The translations under genes and the position numbers were made by a program. Of a stretch of DNA of 50,118 nt, positions 20,621-31,103 are shown piece after piece. The stretch is from NCBI GenBank assembly GCA_016779015.1, contig JADHOK010000001.1, forward strand, positions 1-50,118, written 5' to 3'. Numbering within the stretch: position 1 is the first letter of the stretch; the number at the start of each line of letters is the position of its first letter. The notes under the pieces are model-generated. The model ran no database searches. It saw nothing but the letters and a program-made list of their open reading frames with translations, and was not told where the DNA came from. The stretch is from PS1 clade bacterium. GTDB lineage: Bacteria; Pseudomonadota; Alphaproteobacteria; RS24.

Positions 20621-21085
20621 ACGCCCCCGATACGGCGGAACACCTTGGTCGGGGATAAACAGGCCCTTCGGCGGTTCTGAGGTTTGCCAAAAAACATCAA
20701 TCGGAATACCGCCGCGCGGATACCAATAGCCGCCAATGCGCAGCCATTTCGGTTTCATGCAGTCGATCAGCCGCTTGGCGACCAGTATGGTGCAATCCTC
20801 GTGAAACGCGCCGTGATTGCGAAAACTACCCATAAAGAGTTTGAAGCTTTTGCTCTCAACCAGATGTTGGTTGGGCACATAATCGATAATCAGATGCGCG
20901 AAATCCGGCTGGCCGGTGACCGGACAAATCGAGGTGAACTCCGGCACCGCGAAGCGCGCGACATAATCAGTGTCGGGATGCGGGTTCGGCACCGCCTCCA
21001 ACACCGCCTCGTCGGGGCTGGCGGGCAGGTCTGTCTGCACACCCAGCATGGTCGCGCCGGTTGCGTCGCTTCCTTTAGTGGACAT
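20618..21085 (-). CDS. queF: NADPH-dependent preQ0 reductase (unimodular QueF)
   Basis: [39 protein letters not shown]; ATG 21085 after AGGGAG. Confidence 0.96.
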   Translation of the reverse strand: MSTKGSDATGATMLGVQTDLPASPDEAVLEAVPNPHPDTDYVARFAVPEFTSICPVTGQPDFAHLIIDYVPNQHLVESKSFKLFMGSFRNHGAFHEDCTILVAKRLIDCMKPKWLRIGGYWYPRGGIPIDVFWQTSEPPKGLFIPDQGVPPYRGR

Positions 21086-21443
21086 GCTGGCTCCCTTGAT
21101 AAAGGCATGATTGGCCAAGACTGTCGCGGAACACTTCAACGGCGCTGATTTGCGGCAGCGCGTTTTGCAGATTTTCCCAGATGAACAGACACAGGTTTTC
21201 CAGCGTCGGCTGCTCCAGACCTTCAATCTCATTGAGCATTTGGTGGTCGAGCCGCCCTTGCATCTCGGTGAGCAGCCGCCCCATTTCCTCAAGGTCAACG
21301 ATTTGGCCATTGCTGTCGGGCTGGCCTTCCACCGTAACGCGGGCGCGGAAGCTGTGCCCATGCACGCGCGTATTGGCGTGGCCTGCGGGGTAATGGCCGA
21401 GGCTGTGAGCGGCATCAAAGCTGAATTCACGCGACAATTTCAT
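21075..21443 (-). CDS. queD: 6-carboxy-5,6,7,8-tetrahydropterin synthase
   Basis: [27 protein letters not shown]; inside the que operon. Confidence 0.92.
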   Translation of the reverse strand: MKLSREFSFDAAHSLGHYPAGHANTRVHGHSFRARVTVEGQPDSNGQIVDLEEMGRLLTEMQGRLDHQMLNEIEGLEQPTLENLCLFIWENLQNALPQISAVEVFRDSLGQSCLYQGSQHVH

Positions 21444-21492
21444 GCCAAGCTTATGGCGCAAAAGCGGAATCGGGTCAATTCTACTTAAGCCC

Positions 21493-22140
21493 TTAATCCA
21501 AACCGACAATCTTGTGGCTTTGCAAACTCAGCCGCCATTGCGGATTTTGCAGGCAATAGGCGATGGCCGCTTGCACATTGTGCCAGCTGGTCTCGGCCTC
21601 GCCGGTATCCATCGGTTGCAGATAAAAATGCTCGAAATCGAGGTCGGCAAATTGGTCGGGCGAAAGCGCCTCTTGCGGATAAACGAATTTCAATTCATGG
21701 CCGCCCGTCTGCTTGAGCGTCGATTGCGGCTTGGGCGAGACGCAAATCCAGTCCAGCCCCTCCGGCACGTCAATCGTGCCATTGGTCTCGACGGCGCATT
21801 CAAAATTGCGCGCATGCAGCGCCTCCAGCACGGCGCTGTCGAGTTGCAGACACGGCTCACCACCGGTGAACACGACGTAAGCATCCGGGCCAATCGGCGT
21901 TTCCGGCCAATAACCTGCAATGGCCTCGGCCAGTGCCTCGGCGCTGTCAAACTTGCCGCCATTTTGGCCATCAGTGCCGACAAAATCGGTATCGCAAAAA
22001 CTGCATTGCGCGGTGGCGCGGTCTTCCTCGCGGCCCGACCATAAATTGCAGCCGGCGAACCGGCAAAACACTGCCGGACGTCCGGCTTGTGCGCCTTCGC
22101 CCTGTAGGGTGAAAAACATTTCTTTGACGCTATAGGTCAC
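21493..22140 (-). CDS. queE: 7-carboxy-7-deazaguanine synthase (radical SAM, CX14CX2C type)
   Basis: [45 protein letters not shown]; GTG start overlaps the queC stop. Confidence 0.95.
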   Translation of the reverse strand: MTYSVKEMFFTLQGEGAQAGRPAVFCRFAGCNLWSGREEDRATAQCSFCDTDFVGTDGQNGGKFDSAEALAEAIAGYWPETPIGPDAYVVFTGGEPCLQLDSAVLEALHARNFECAVETNGTIDVPEGLDWICVSPKPQSTLKQTGGHELKFVYPQEALSPDQFADLDFEHFYLQPMDTGEAETSWHNVQAAIAYCLQNPQWRLSLQSHKIVGLD

Positions 22141-22847
22141 AGCGCTCTCCATTTTTCATATCCGGCGGCGCGTAAATCGCAGGCCGGGCAATCGCCGCAG
22201 CCATAGCCCCAAGCATGGCGCGTGGCGCGGTCGCCGCGATAGCATGTATGGCTAAGCTCCAGCGTAATGTCCACCAACGCATCGCCGCCCAAACTTTGCG
22301 CCAGCGCCCAAGTGTCGGCTTTGTCGATATGCATGAGCGGCGTGTCGATGGTTACGGCGCTCTCCATACCTTTTTGAAGGGCGCTTTCGAGCGCGTCCAG
22401 CGTGTCGCGGCGGCAATCGGGATAGCCGGAATAATCGGTCTCGCACATGCCCCCGACCAATACATGCAGGCCGCGCCGATAAGCCAGCGCCGCCCCATAG
22501 GTGAGGAATAAAAGATTGCGCCCGGGCACAAAAGTTGAGGGCAGATTATTGTCCAGCATGCGAATTTCGTTGCCATTTGCGTCAGGCCCAATCAGCGCGG
22601 TGCCGCCAATCTCGCTCAAAGCGGGCAGCGATAGCGTATGGTCGTCACCCAGCTTGGCGTCCCAATCTTTCAGCCTGCGCATCGCATCGCGCAACGCGGC
22701 GCGGCACTCAAGCTCGACTTTATGCGTCTGCCCATAGTCAAAACCCAGCGTTTCAACATAGGCGAATTTATCCAGCGCATAGGCCAGGCAAGCGGTCGAA
22801 TCCTGTCCGCCGGAAAACAACACAAGGGCTTTACTGTCTGCACTCAT
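22137..22847 (-). CDS. queC: 7-cyano-7-deazaguanine synthase
   Basis: [33 protein letters not shown]. Confidence 0.96.
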   Translation of the reverse strand: MSADSKALVLFSGGQDSTACLAYALDKFAYVETLGFDYGQTHKVELECRAALRDAMRRLKDWDAKLGDDHTLSLPALSEIGGTALIGPDANGNEIRMLDNNLPSTFVPGRNLLFLTYGAALAYRRGLHVLVGGMCETDYSGYPDCRRDTLDALESALQKGMESAVTIDTPLMHIDKADTWALAQSLGGDALVDITLELSHTCYRGDRATRHAWGYGCGDCPACDLRAAGYEKWRAL

Positions 22848-22918
22848 GCTTTCTTTTAGACCAATTTGCACGGGGTTGGGAATTGGGATAAGAAAAGCCA
22901 TAAGTGACAGATAGTTGA

Positions 22919-24214
<1,296 letters not shown>

Positions 24215-24253
24215 GCAGTTGCGCGCGGCGCGCGTAACCATCAAACGCAATTG

Positions 24254-24290
24254 AAAAAGGCACCATTGTGAGATGGTGCCTTTAACTTTT
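24254..24290. terminator. Bidirectional rho-independent terminator
   Basis: aaaggcaccat-tgtgag-atggtgccttt stem with A and T tails, between convergent eno and the TonB receptor. Confidence 0.85.
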
Positions 24291-24304
24291 CTGGATGCTT
24301 CAGA

Positions 24305-26386
24305 CTAGAATTTATAGCGCGCTGTCAGACGGAAATCCTGGCCTGGCTCGGGCAGGCGGTCTTTCAGCGGGCTGGCGTGCTGGCGGATTTCTTCATCCGT
24401 CGCATTACGCACGCTGGCGATAATCGTCAGCCCCTCATATTGCGGCGGCTGATAGCTGGCCGACACATCGACATTGGTGTAGCCGTCTGTCTTCAGCTCA
24501 CCGGTCGCCGTGTCGTCCTGATCGGCGGCGTTCTCAACATCCACCGAGACGCGCAGCGCGTCGAAGGACATGGCCATACCAAGACCGATTTTATCGGCCG
24601 GCATGGCCGGAATATTGCTGCCATCATCCAGCTCGCCCTCGACCGTGCTGTAGCGCAGCGTGACATCAAGCATGCGCCCCGCGACTTGAAGGTCGGTCAG
24701 ATATTCGGCTTCGAAGCCCGACACATCTGCATCCTGCTGGGCGTATTCATAACCCGGCGTGGTTTCTCCGCCTTCCGTTATATCCAGCGCGGCATTCCTC
24801 TTCAGATAGATGAAATCGCTATAGTCATTTTTGAAAAGGGCAAGCCGCAGACTTTGCAGACCCCAAGCGCGGCGCAGATAAACCTCGGTCGCCAAAGCGG
24901 TTTCCTTATCCAGCGTATGGTCGCCCTCTTCGAAGCGACCGGCCGCCTCGTGCACGCCGTCGGCGAACAGTTCGACTTCTGACGGGGCGCGTTCGGTTGA
25001 AGAAATCGAGCCGCCAATCAGCCAGTCATTGTCGAGACGTCTTGCCAGTCCGGCGGAAAGGTTGACGAGGTCAAAGGAGACATCCCCGGCAAAGGGTTCA
25101 TCGTGGCCTTCGCCTTCGCCTGCCTCTTCTTCTTCATCATGCGCGGCAGGGTTTGAGGTCAATTCAACATTGTCGAAACGGCCGGCCAATTCGCTCAGCC
25201 AATCGCCCGTGTCGTTTTGCCCAAAGCCAAACAGACCATATTGCGTCCGCTCGCTCGGCGGTAGGTATGCGCCGTGACTTTCCTCGCCTTCGTGCTCAGC
25301 CGCCGTGGTTTCCAGTTCAGCATCGCGATACTCAAAGCCGATGAGCGTTTGCCAATCACTGATCTCAGCCTTGCCTTCAGTCCGCAAATGCAGGCTGTCT
25401 TGGTCAAAAACCGTGGCGGCCTCAGCGCCTTCAAATTCGGTTTGGTCGAGCGTGCTGAAAGTCAGGTCAGCCTGCAAGCTGTCAAATATCCCGATGGCAC
25501 CATTGTGCATTAGACGCGCCTGCAATGTTTCCTGCTCCATATCGATGTAAGCCGAAACGCCGCCATGCGCGTGACCCGGCACGCCATATTCCTGCTCGTG
25601 CAGTCTGGCCATGACAGACAAGTTTGTTTCGTCATCGCCGAAATGTGCCGAGGCGGTGAAGCCAAGGCTTTCGCTTTGCGTGTCCTCGGCCTCTTGCTCG
25701 GCATCAACCAACGCTTCCTCTTCGTGGCCTCCGCCTTCCTCTTCTTCCTCCTCGTGAAGCTCGTGATAGGCCTCGGTTTCGCCATGCGTTGGGATGGTTA
25801 TATTATCGGCATCCTGTGTGAAGGCCGATAGGGCGAAAGCACCGCGACGGGCAAAAAACGCGCCGATGGCCTCGTCGGCATTGTCGCCATAGCCCAGCGT
25901 CACTTCGGTCGCGTCTTCGGCGTCTCTTTGCATATGACGATTTAAGCTATTGACCACACCGGTGGCGGCAAAGGCCCCATAACGCAAGGCGGCAGGGCCT
26001 TTCAAGACTTCCAGCCGGTCGACATCGTAGAGCGACAAAGCATTGGCGTGGTCGCTGCCGGCGGCGACAATATCAGCCACCGTCATGCCATTGGCCATTA
26101 TGTCAACGCGATAACCGCCGAGGCCGCGGATTAGCGGTTGCCCGACAGCCGGGCCGAAACCGGCGCTATCGACGCCCGGCAGTGCCGACAGCACATTGCC
26201 AATCGGTCCTTCAAGGCCCGATTGCAAAGCCTCGGCGTCAATCACCTCAACGGTTGAAATGACGGTGTCGATGGATTTTTGGAATGGCGAACTCAGCACA
26301 ATGACCTTGTCCACATCTTGCGCCCAAACAGGCGCGCTCAACATGGTTGCGCCGAGCCAGGCGGCGACTTGAATTTTGCGGTTCAT
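24305..26386 (-). CDS. TonB-dependent receptor, ZnuD-like (His/Glu-rich loops)
   Basis: Signal peptide, plug motifs PLIRGLGGYRV and EVLKGPAALRYG, several H/E-rich inserts, C-terminal YKF. Confidence 0.85.
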   Translation of the reverse strand: MNRKIQVAAWLGATMLSAPVWAQDVDKVIVLSSPFQKSIDTVISTVEVIDAEALQSGLEGPIGNVLSALPGVDSAGFGPAVGQPLIRGLGGYRVDIMANGMTVADIVAAGSDHANALSLYDVDRLEVLKGPAALRYGAFAATGVVNSLNRHMQRDAEDATEVTLGYGDNADEAIGAFFARRGAFALSAFTQDADNITIPTHGETEAYHELHEEEEEEGGGHEEEALVDAEQEAEDTQSESLGFTASAHFGDDETNLSVMARLHEQEYGVPGHAHGGVSAYIDMEQETLQARLMHNGAIGIFDSLQADLTFSTLDQTEFEGAEAATVFDQDSLHLRTEGKAEISDWQTLIGFEYRDAELETTAAEHEGEESHGAYLPPSERTQYGLFGFGQNDTGDWLSELAGRFDNVELTSNPAAHDEEEEAGEGEGHDEPFAGDVSFDLVNLSAGLARRLDNDWLIGGSISSTERAPSEVELFADGVHEAAGRFEEGDHTLDKETALATEVYLRRAWGLQSLRLALFKNDYSDFIYLKRNAALDITEGGETTPGYEYAQQDADVSGFEAEYLTDLQVAGRMLDVTLRYSTVEGELDDGSNIPAMPADKIGLGMAMSFDALRVSVDVENAADQDDTATGELKTDGYTNVDVSASYQPPQYEGLTIIASVRNATDEEIRQHASPLKDRLPEPGQDFRLTARYKF

Positions 26387-26423
26387 CGAGAACCTCCCTC
26401 TTATCTAAATTGAAATGATGAAT

Positions 26424-26726
26424 TTAGAGAGAGGCAGGGGGCCCGCGCGGCGCGGCTTTTGAATAATGTTTGGTGGAATGACGGTCTGCGGTGGGAGGAA
26501 CGTCATGTTGGGGTTGGCATGCAGGCGCGACGCATAACAGCGGCAAGGCCGATTTGGCTTGCGGCGTGTCGGCCAGCAGACAGTTATCTTCGCTATGGCT
26601 TTGTTGCTGCTCGTGCAGATGCGTCGGGTCAAAATCATGCAGGTCGTGCTGCACCGCATGGGCGAGGCCCAATTGCAGCACCAGCATCAAAAACCCGACG
26701 GTTAAATGTCTTGAGCGTTGCATCAT
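26424..26726 (-). CDS. Small exported His-rich leader protein with C-terminal RGPP motif (DUF2946-like)
   Basis: Signal peptide, HAVQHDLHDFDPTHLH..SH cluster, Pro-rich linker, ends APRGPPASL; 37 nt upstream of the receptor. Confidence 0.7.
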   Translation of the reverse strand: MMQRSRHLTVGFLMLVLQLGLAHAVQHDLHDFDPTHLHEQQQSHSEDNCLLADTPQAKSALPLLCVAPACQPQHDVPPTADRHSTKHYSKAAPRGPPASL

Positions 26727-26843
26727 TCTAGCTATCTAACAAGATTTCTCGAACGCTGTAAAGCGTGCTCGGTTTTGACAATTTTTCCGAGCCGAATCAC
26801 TTTCTTCTTGACCCTGCGAATCAAATCGTGATTCGGTCTCCCA

Positions 26844-27200
26844 ATGATTCGTTTTGTTACTTCAAGGCCATCGAGCCGCACTGTCGGGCAGGAGCCGCTG
26901 CGCTTGCGCCGTCTGGTGCCGAGCTTGCTTTTGCTGTTGGCCATTGGCGGCCTGACCATGCAGGCTTTGCAGGGCGAGCGGGGCTGGCGCGGTTGGTCTG
27001 ACCTCAAGCAGCAGAAAGCCGCTTTGAAAAACGAGTTGGCTCTCTTGGAAAGCGAAAACGCGGCGCTGCAACAGCAAATCAAATTGCTCGGCAATCACAC
27101 TCTCGACCTCGATTTCCTCGACGAGCGGGCGCGCTTGGTGCTCGGTCTGGTCGGGCGCGATGAGACTATCGTCTTCAAAACCGACCCGCGCCTCAATTAA
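26844..27200 (+). CDS. ftsB: Septum formation initiator (FtsB/DivIC family)
   Basis: TM helix, GERGW, coiled coil, LDLDFLDERARLVLG; close to eno. Confidence 0.88.
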   Translation: MIRFVTSRPSSRTVGQEPLRLRRLVPSLLLLLAIGGLTMQALQGERGWRGWSDLKQQKAALKNELALLESENAALQQQIKLLGNHTLDLDFLDERARLVLGLVGRDETIVFKTDPRLN

Positions 27201-27238
27201 AGTTTGTAGAAAAATAGGGCGCGGCATATAAAGAGTAT

Positions 27239-28216
27239 ATGACCGTGGTAATCGATAATTTGTCCGGAAAACCGCGCCATCCGGAGAAGCAGAACCGTCC
27301 CGATAGCGAGGTGTTGCGCAAGCCCAGTTGGATTCGCGCCAAGGCGCCCGGCTCGGCCACTTATGCCGAGACCCGCGCTATCGTCAAACAGCACAATCTG
27401 GTGACTGTTTGCGAAGAGGCCGCGTGTCCGAATATTGGCGAGTGCTGGGAACAAAAACACGCCACCTTCATGATTATGGGCGAAACCTGCACCCGCGCTT
27501 GCGCATTTTGCAATGTTGCCACCGGCGTGCCGCTGGCGCTCGACGATAAAGAGCCGGCCTATGTTGCCGAAGCTGTGGCCAAGCTGGGCCTGCGCCATGT
27601 GGTCATCACCAGTGTTGACCGTGACGACCTCGATGATGGCGGGGCGCAGCATTTCGCCGATACGATATCAGCAATTCGGCAGGCCTCGCCCGGCACCACG
27701 GTGGAGATTTTGACGCCGGATTTCTTACGCAAAGACGGCGCGTTGGAAACCGTCGTCGCCGCCAAGCCCGATGTCTTTAACCATAATCTTGAAACCGTGC
27801 CGCGGCTTTATCTGTCCATCCGCCCCGGCGCGCGCTATTTCCACTCGCTCAATCTGCTACAGCGGGTGAAGCAGCTCGACGCGGAGATTTTTACCAAATC
27901 CGGCATCATGGTCGGGCTCGGCGAAGCCCGCGAAGAGGTCATGCAGGTGATGGATGACATGCGCACGGCCGATATTGATTTCATCACCATTGGGCAATAT
28001 TTGCAGCCGACCCGTAAGCACGCCGCCATTGATAGGTTCTGGACGCCGGACGAGTTCGACGCTCTGGCAACACAGGCGCGCGCCAAAGGGTTTTTGATGG
28101 TGTCGGCGACGCCACTGACCCGCTCTTCACATCATGCCGATGAAGATTTTGAAAAGCTGAAAGCGGCGCGCATCGCGCGGCAGCAAAAACGCCAAGCGGC
28201 AAATCCCGGTTCGTAA
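27239..28216 (+). CDS. lipA: Lipoyl synthase
   Basis: [33 protein letters not shown]. Confidence 0.97.
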   Translation: MTVVIDNLSGKPRHPEKQNRPDSEVLRKPSWIRAKAPGSATYAETRAIVKQHNLVTVCEEAACPNIGECWEQKHATFMIMGETCTRACAFCNVATGVPLALDDKEPAYVAEAVAKLGLRHVVITSVDRDDLDDGGAQHFADTISAIRQASPGTTVEILTPDFLRKDGALETVVAAKPDVFNHNLETVPRLYLSIRPGARYFHSLNLLQRVKQLDAEIFTKSGIMVGLGEAREEVMQVMDDMRTADIDFITIGQYLQPTRKHAAIDRFWTPDEFDALATQARAKGFLMVSATPLTRSSHHADEDFEKLKAARIARQQKRQAANPGS

Positions 28217-28227
28217 AAAGTTTCACC

Positions 28228-28662
28228 ATGCAGACGATTAAGCTGACGCGTCAAAACCCCTACACGGCGCAGCAAATGTTCGAACTGATTACCGATGTTG
28301 ATCGCTATGACGCGTTTATTCCCTATTGCACGGCGGCGCGGGTGCGCGAGCGTTCTGAAAGCGAAATGCTGGCTGACCTTGCCATTGGTTATAAAATGCT
28401 ACGCGAGACCTATACCAGTCGTATCGTGCTTGGCGACGCACCGCTGAGCGTGACCGTGCATCAAGCCAAAGGGCCGTTTCGGCATTTATACAATAAATGG
28501 GTGTTCGAGGAGACGGCGGATGGGTGCGATGTGCATTTCGAATTGCAATTCGAGTTTGCCGTGCCACTGCTGCGCCGCATCATCGAGCCGATTATGAACC
28601 GCGTGGTTGACCGCTTTGTGGCGGCGTTTGAAGAACGCGCGATCGATATATACGGCGAATAA
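28228..28662 (+). CDS. ratA: RatA/Coq10 START-domain protein
   Basis: QMFELITDVDRYDAFIPYC, GPFRHLYNKW, AFEERA; usual neighbour of lipA. Confidence 0.85.
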   Translation: MQTIKLTRQNPYTAQQMFELITDVDRYDAFIPYCTAARVRERSESEMLADLAIGYKMLRETYTSRIVLGDAPLSVTVHQAKGPFRHLYNKWVFEETADGCDVHFELQFEFAVPLLRRIIEPIMNRVVDRFVAAFEERAIDIYGE

Positions 28663-28724
28663 CAAAAACCCACGGCCGCAACACCGAGGGGCAAGCCGCA
28701 AATCCAGAAAACAGCTGGGAGGCG

Positions 28725-29216
28725 CTACCCCAATCGGGCGAGTAACATATCCATCGCCGCGTTGACGGTGGCGAGGCGCACCTCGGTGCGGCCAATATCG
28801 CCGAACTGATACAGCTTGTGTTCGATATCACCATCGAAACACGTCGCCATATGCACCATGCCGGCGGGTTTGTCGGGCGAACCGCCCCCTGGGCCGGCAA
28901 TGCCCGACACCGCGACGGTCAGTTTCGCCGTCGTCATGTCGAAGGTGTTTTGGGCCATGGCGCGCACCACCGGTTCTGATACGGCACCGTGCTCACGCAA
29001 CAGCTCGGCCGGCACGTTTAGAATTTCATGCTTGGCGCGATTGGAATAGGTGACAAAGCTACGCCCGATGACCAGCGATGAGCCTGGGATTTCGGTCAAT
29101 AGCGCGGCGATGAGACCGCCGGTGCAGCTTTCCGCCGTGGCCACGCGCAGCTTTTGCGCGCCGGCGTTTTTTAACAGGGTGGCGGCTTTATCGGTCAGGT
29201 TCTTATCGAAAAGCAT
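28725..29216 (-). CDS. cinA: CinA C-terminal / NMN deamidase family protein
   Basis: ATAESCTGG, VTYSN..K, GAVSE, SGIAGPGGG. Confidence 0.9.
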   Translation of the reverse strand: MLFDKNLTDKAATLLKNAGAQKLRVATAESCTGGLIAALLTEIPGSSLVIGRSFVTYSNRAKHEILNVPAELLREHGAVSEPVVRAMAQNTFDMTTAKLTVAVSGIAGPGGGSPDKPAGMVHMATCFDGDIEHKLYQFGDIGRTEVRLATVNAAMDMLLARLG

Positions 29217-29239
29217 TTTTGTCTCCTTAAATCGGACGG

Positions 29240-29773
29240 CTAAATCAGGCCGAATTGGCGCGCCGCGAGCAGCACAATCGCGGCCCATATACCGGCCAGT
29301 ATATCATCCAGCATTACGCCCGTCGCGCCGTTCAGTTGTTTGTCGGCCCAACTGACCGGCCATGGTTTGGTGATGTCAAACAGTCGGAACAGGGCGAAAG
29401 CGGCGGCCACCCCAAGCGGCGTCAAAGCAGCGCCGAATAGCGTCAGGGGAATGAGCGTCAGCCACATGCCGGCCACCTCGTCAATGACGATGGGCGAGGG
29501 GTCTTTATCGGCGTTCCTTTCCTCATCCGCGCTATTAGGCGCGCCATCAATCCATGCCGCGCTGGCCCAATGGCCGAGGCCATAAGCCAACACCGTGCCG
29601 AGCATCAGGCCCAGCGCGCCATAGGCGTCGGCAATCAGCAGTCCGGGGGCCAAGGCCGCCAACGACCCCCAAGTGCCGGAGGCGGGCTTCAACAGACCCG
29701 CGCCGAAAAAAGTGGCGATCAACGCGGCCGGTGAAAACAGCGTTAAATGCGCGGGAAGTTTGTGCAGACCCAT
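29240..29773 (-). CDS. pgpA: Phosphatidylglycerophosphatase A
   Basis: SGTWGS, DPSPIVIDEVAG, FRLFDITKPWP, GVMLDDILAG. Confidence 0.94.
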   Translation of the reverse strand: MGLHKLPAHLTLFSPAALIATFFGAGLLKPASGTWGSLAALAPGLLIADAYGALGLMLGTVLAYGLGHWASAAWIDGAPNSADEERNADKDPSPIVIDEVAGMWLTLIPLTLFGAALTPLGVAAAFALFRLFDITKPWPVSWADKQLNGATGVMLDDILAGIWAAIVLLAARQFGLI

Positions 29774-29775
29774 GG

Positions 29776-30975
29776 CTAATCATCCGCCAGCAATAAGGTG
29801 GCGATGGCCTGCGCGGCAATGCCTTCGCCGCGACCGGTAAAGCCCAAACCTTCAGTGGTGGTGGCTTTCACCGATATGGCGTCGCGCTTGAGGCCGGTCA
29901 GCTTGCTGAGTTGCGCTTGCATGGCGTCGCGATGCGGGGCGATTTTCGGCGCTTCGCAAATCAGTGTCAGGTCGATATGCGTCAGCCGGGCGCTTCTTTC
30001 TGCCGCCAGAGCCAGCGCGTGGGCCAAAAAATCAGAGGAAGGGCGGTCTTTATTAGCGGCATCGGATGGCGGAAAATGGTCGCCTATATCGCCCGCTGCC
30101 AACGCGCCTAGAACCGCGTCGGTGATGGCGTGCAAGCCGACATCGGCGTCGCTATGGCCGATAATGGCTTGGCTGTGCGGAATGGCGACGCCGCACAGCA
30201 TAATCTCGGTGGCGCTGCCCGCTTCGCCAAAACGATGCACGTCAAAGCCGGTGCCGGTGTGGGGCGTTAAAAGCACGTTCATGGCAAAATCTTCTTCCGT
30301 TGTCAGTTTGATATTTTGCGTCTCGCCGTCAACCAGCCCGACTGTCAGGCCCGCATGTTCAGCGACGGCGGCGTCATCGGTCAGATTTGGGGGCGCCTTT
30401 TGATGCGCCGCGTAAATCTTGTCGAAGATGAAGGCTTGCGGGGTTTGCGCGCGGTATAAGCCGTCGCGGTCGATGGTGGCGCTAATTGTGTTGTTTTCGG
30501 CCCTTTTTAACGTATCAGTGACCGGCAGAGCGGGAATAACGCCGTCTTTAGCGCCGGTTTTGTCATCCAAACCGTCCAGACAGCGCGTTATCAGCGCTTG
30601 CGATAGATAAGGCCGCGCCGCGTCATGAATGAGAACCCGCGCCGGATTGTGTGCCGCAAGCGCTTCGAGACCGTTCAGAACCGATTGCTGACGCGTCTCG
30701 CCGCCATAGGATAATAAAATTTTATCCGAATAATTACAATTATTTATAGAGGTTTTATAAATCTCTACATCATCTTTATGGATGACCACACAAATCCGGC
30801 TGATGGCCTCGTGACCGGCTAGCGCGGCGAGGCTGTGCGCCAGCACCGTATCGCCATCCCCAGTAGTCGCAGCGAAACCGGGCATTTTCCGGTATTGCTT
30901 AGGCAGGCCCTGGCCCGCGCGTTGGCCGCGACCCGCCGCAACAACCAGCGCAACTGTGGGATTTGTGTCACTCAT
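29776..30975 (-). CDS. ispDF: Bifunctional IspD/IspF (MEP pathway)
   Basis: AAGRGQR..PKQY, IHDAARP, QTPQAF, then GFDVHRF, GHSDADV, KATTTEGLGFTGR; start MSDTN at 30975. Confidence 0.95.
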   Translation of the reverse strand: MSDTNPTVALVVAAGRGQRAGQGLPKQYRKMPGFAATTGDGDTVLAHSLAALAGHEAISRICVVIHKDDVEIYKTSINNCNYSDKILLSYGGETRQQSVLNGLEALAAHNPARVLIHDAARPYLSQALITRCLDGLDDKTGAKDGVIPALPVTDTLKRAENNTISATIDRDGLYRAQTPQAFIFDKIYAAHQKAPPNLTDDAAVAEHAGLTVGLVDGETQNIKLTTEEDFAMNVLLTPHTGTGFDVHRFGEAGSATEIMLCGVAIPHSQAIIGHSDADVGLHAITDAVLGALAAGDIGDHFPPSDAANKDRPSSDFLAHALALAAERSARLTHIDLTLICEAPKIAPHRDAMQAQLSKLTGLKRDAISVKATTTEGLGFTGRGEGIAAQAIATLLLADD

Positions 30976-31047
30976 GGGGGCTAATCTAGCCGCATTAGGG
31001 GGGTAAGGCGATAGAATTATGACAATTTCCTTGCCTTTGGTTGCGCG

Positions 31048-31103
31048 TGCCCCCATTTTGGGCACATCGAAAATATTAACGGTTTTTGCCTAAAAAATGA
31101 CCA
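31048..31103. promoter_or_regulatory. Probable NtrC-binding sites at the dusB-ntrBC promoter
   Basis: TGCCCCCATTTTGGGCA (31048-64) and weaker TGCCTAAAAAATGACCA (31087-103) resemble TGCACC-N5-GGTGCA. Confidence 0.55.

Noticed and set aside
20488-20689. queF duplication as a DGR template/variable repeat pair
   Set aside because: Mismatches include C/G changes, are almost all synonymous rather than adenine-specific, and no reverse transcriptase is present.
20488-20736. 82-aa ORF as a real gene
   Set aside because: It is an off-frame overlap of queF running through the repeat element into copy 2; only its last 23 aa are meaningful.
20618-22847. queCEDF as a 7-deazaguanine DNA-modification (dpd) system
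   Set aside because: No dpdA/tgt paralog or other dpd genes are present; including queF, this is the ordinary queuosine precursor operon.
26727-26843. Zur/Fur box for the TonB receptor unit
   Set aside because: No GTTAT-N3-ATAAC-like palindrome was found by eye.
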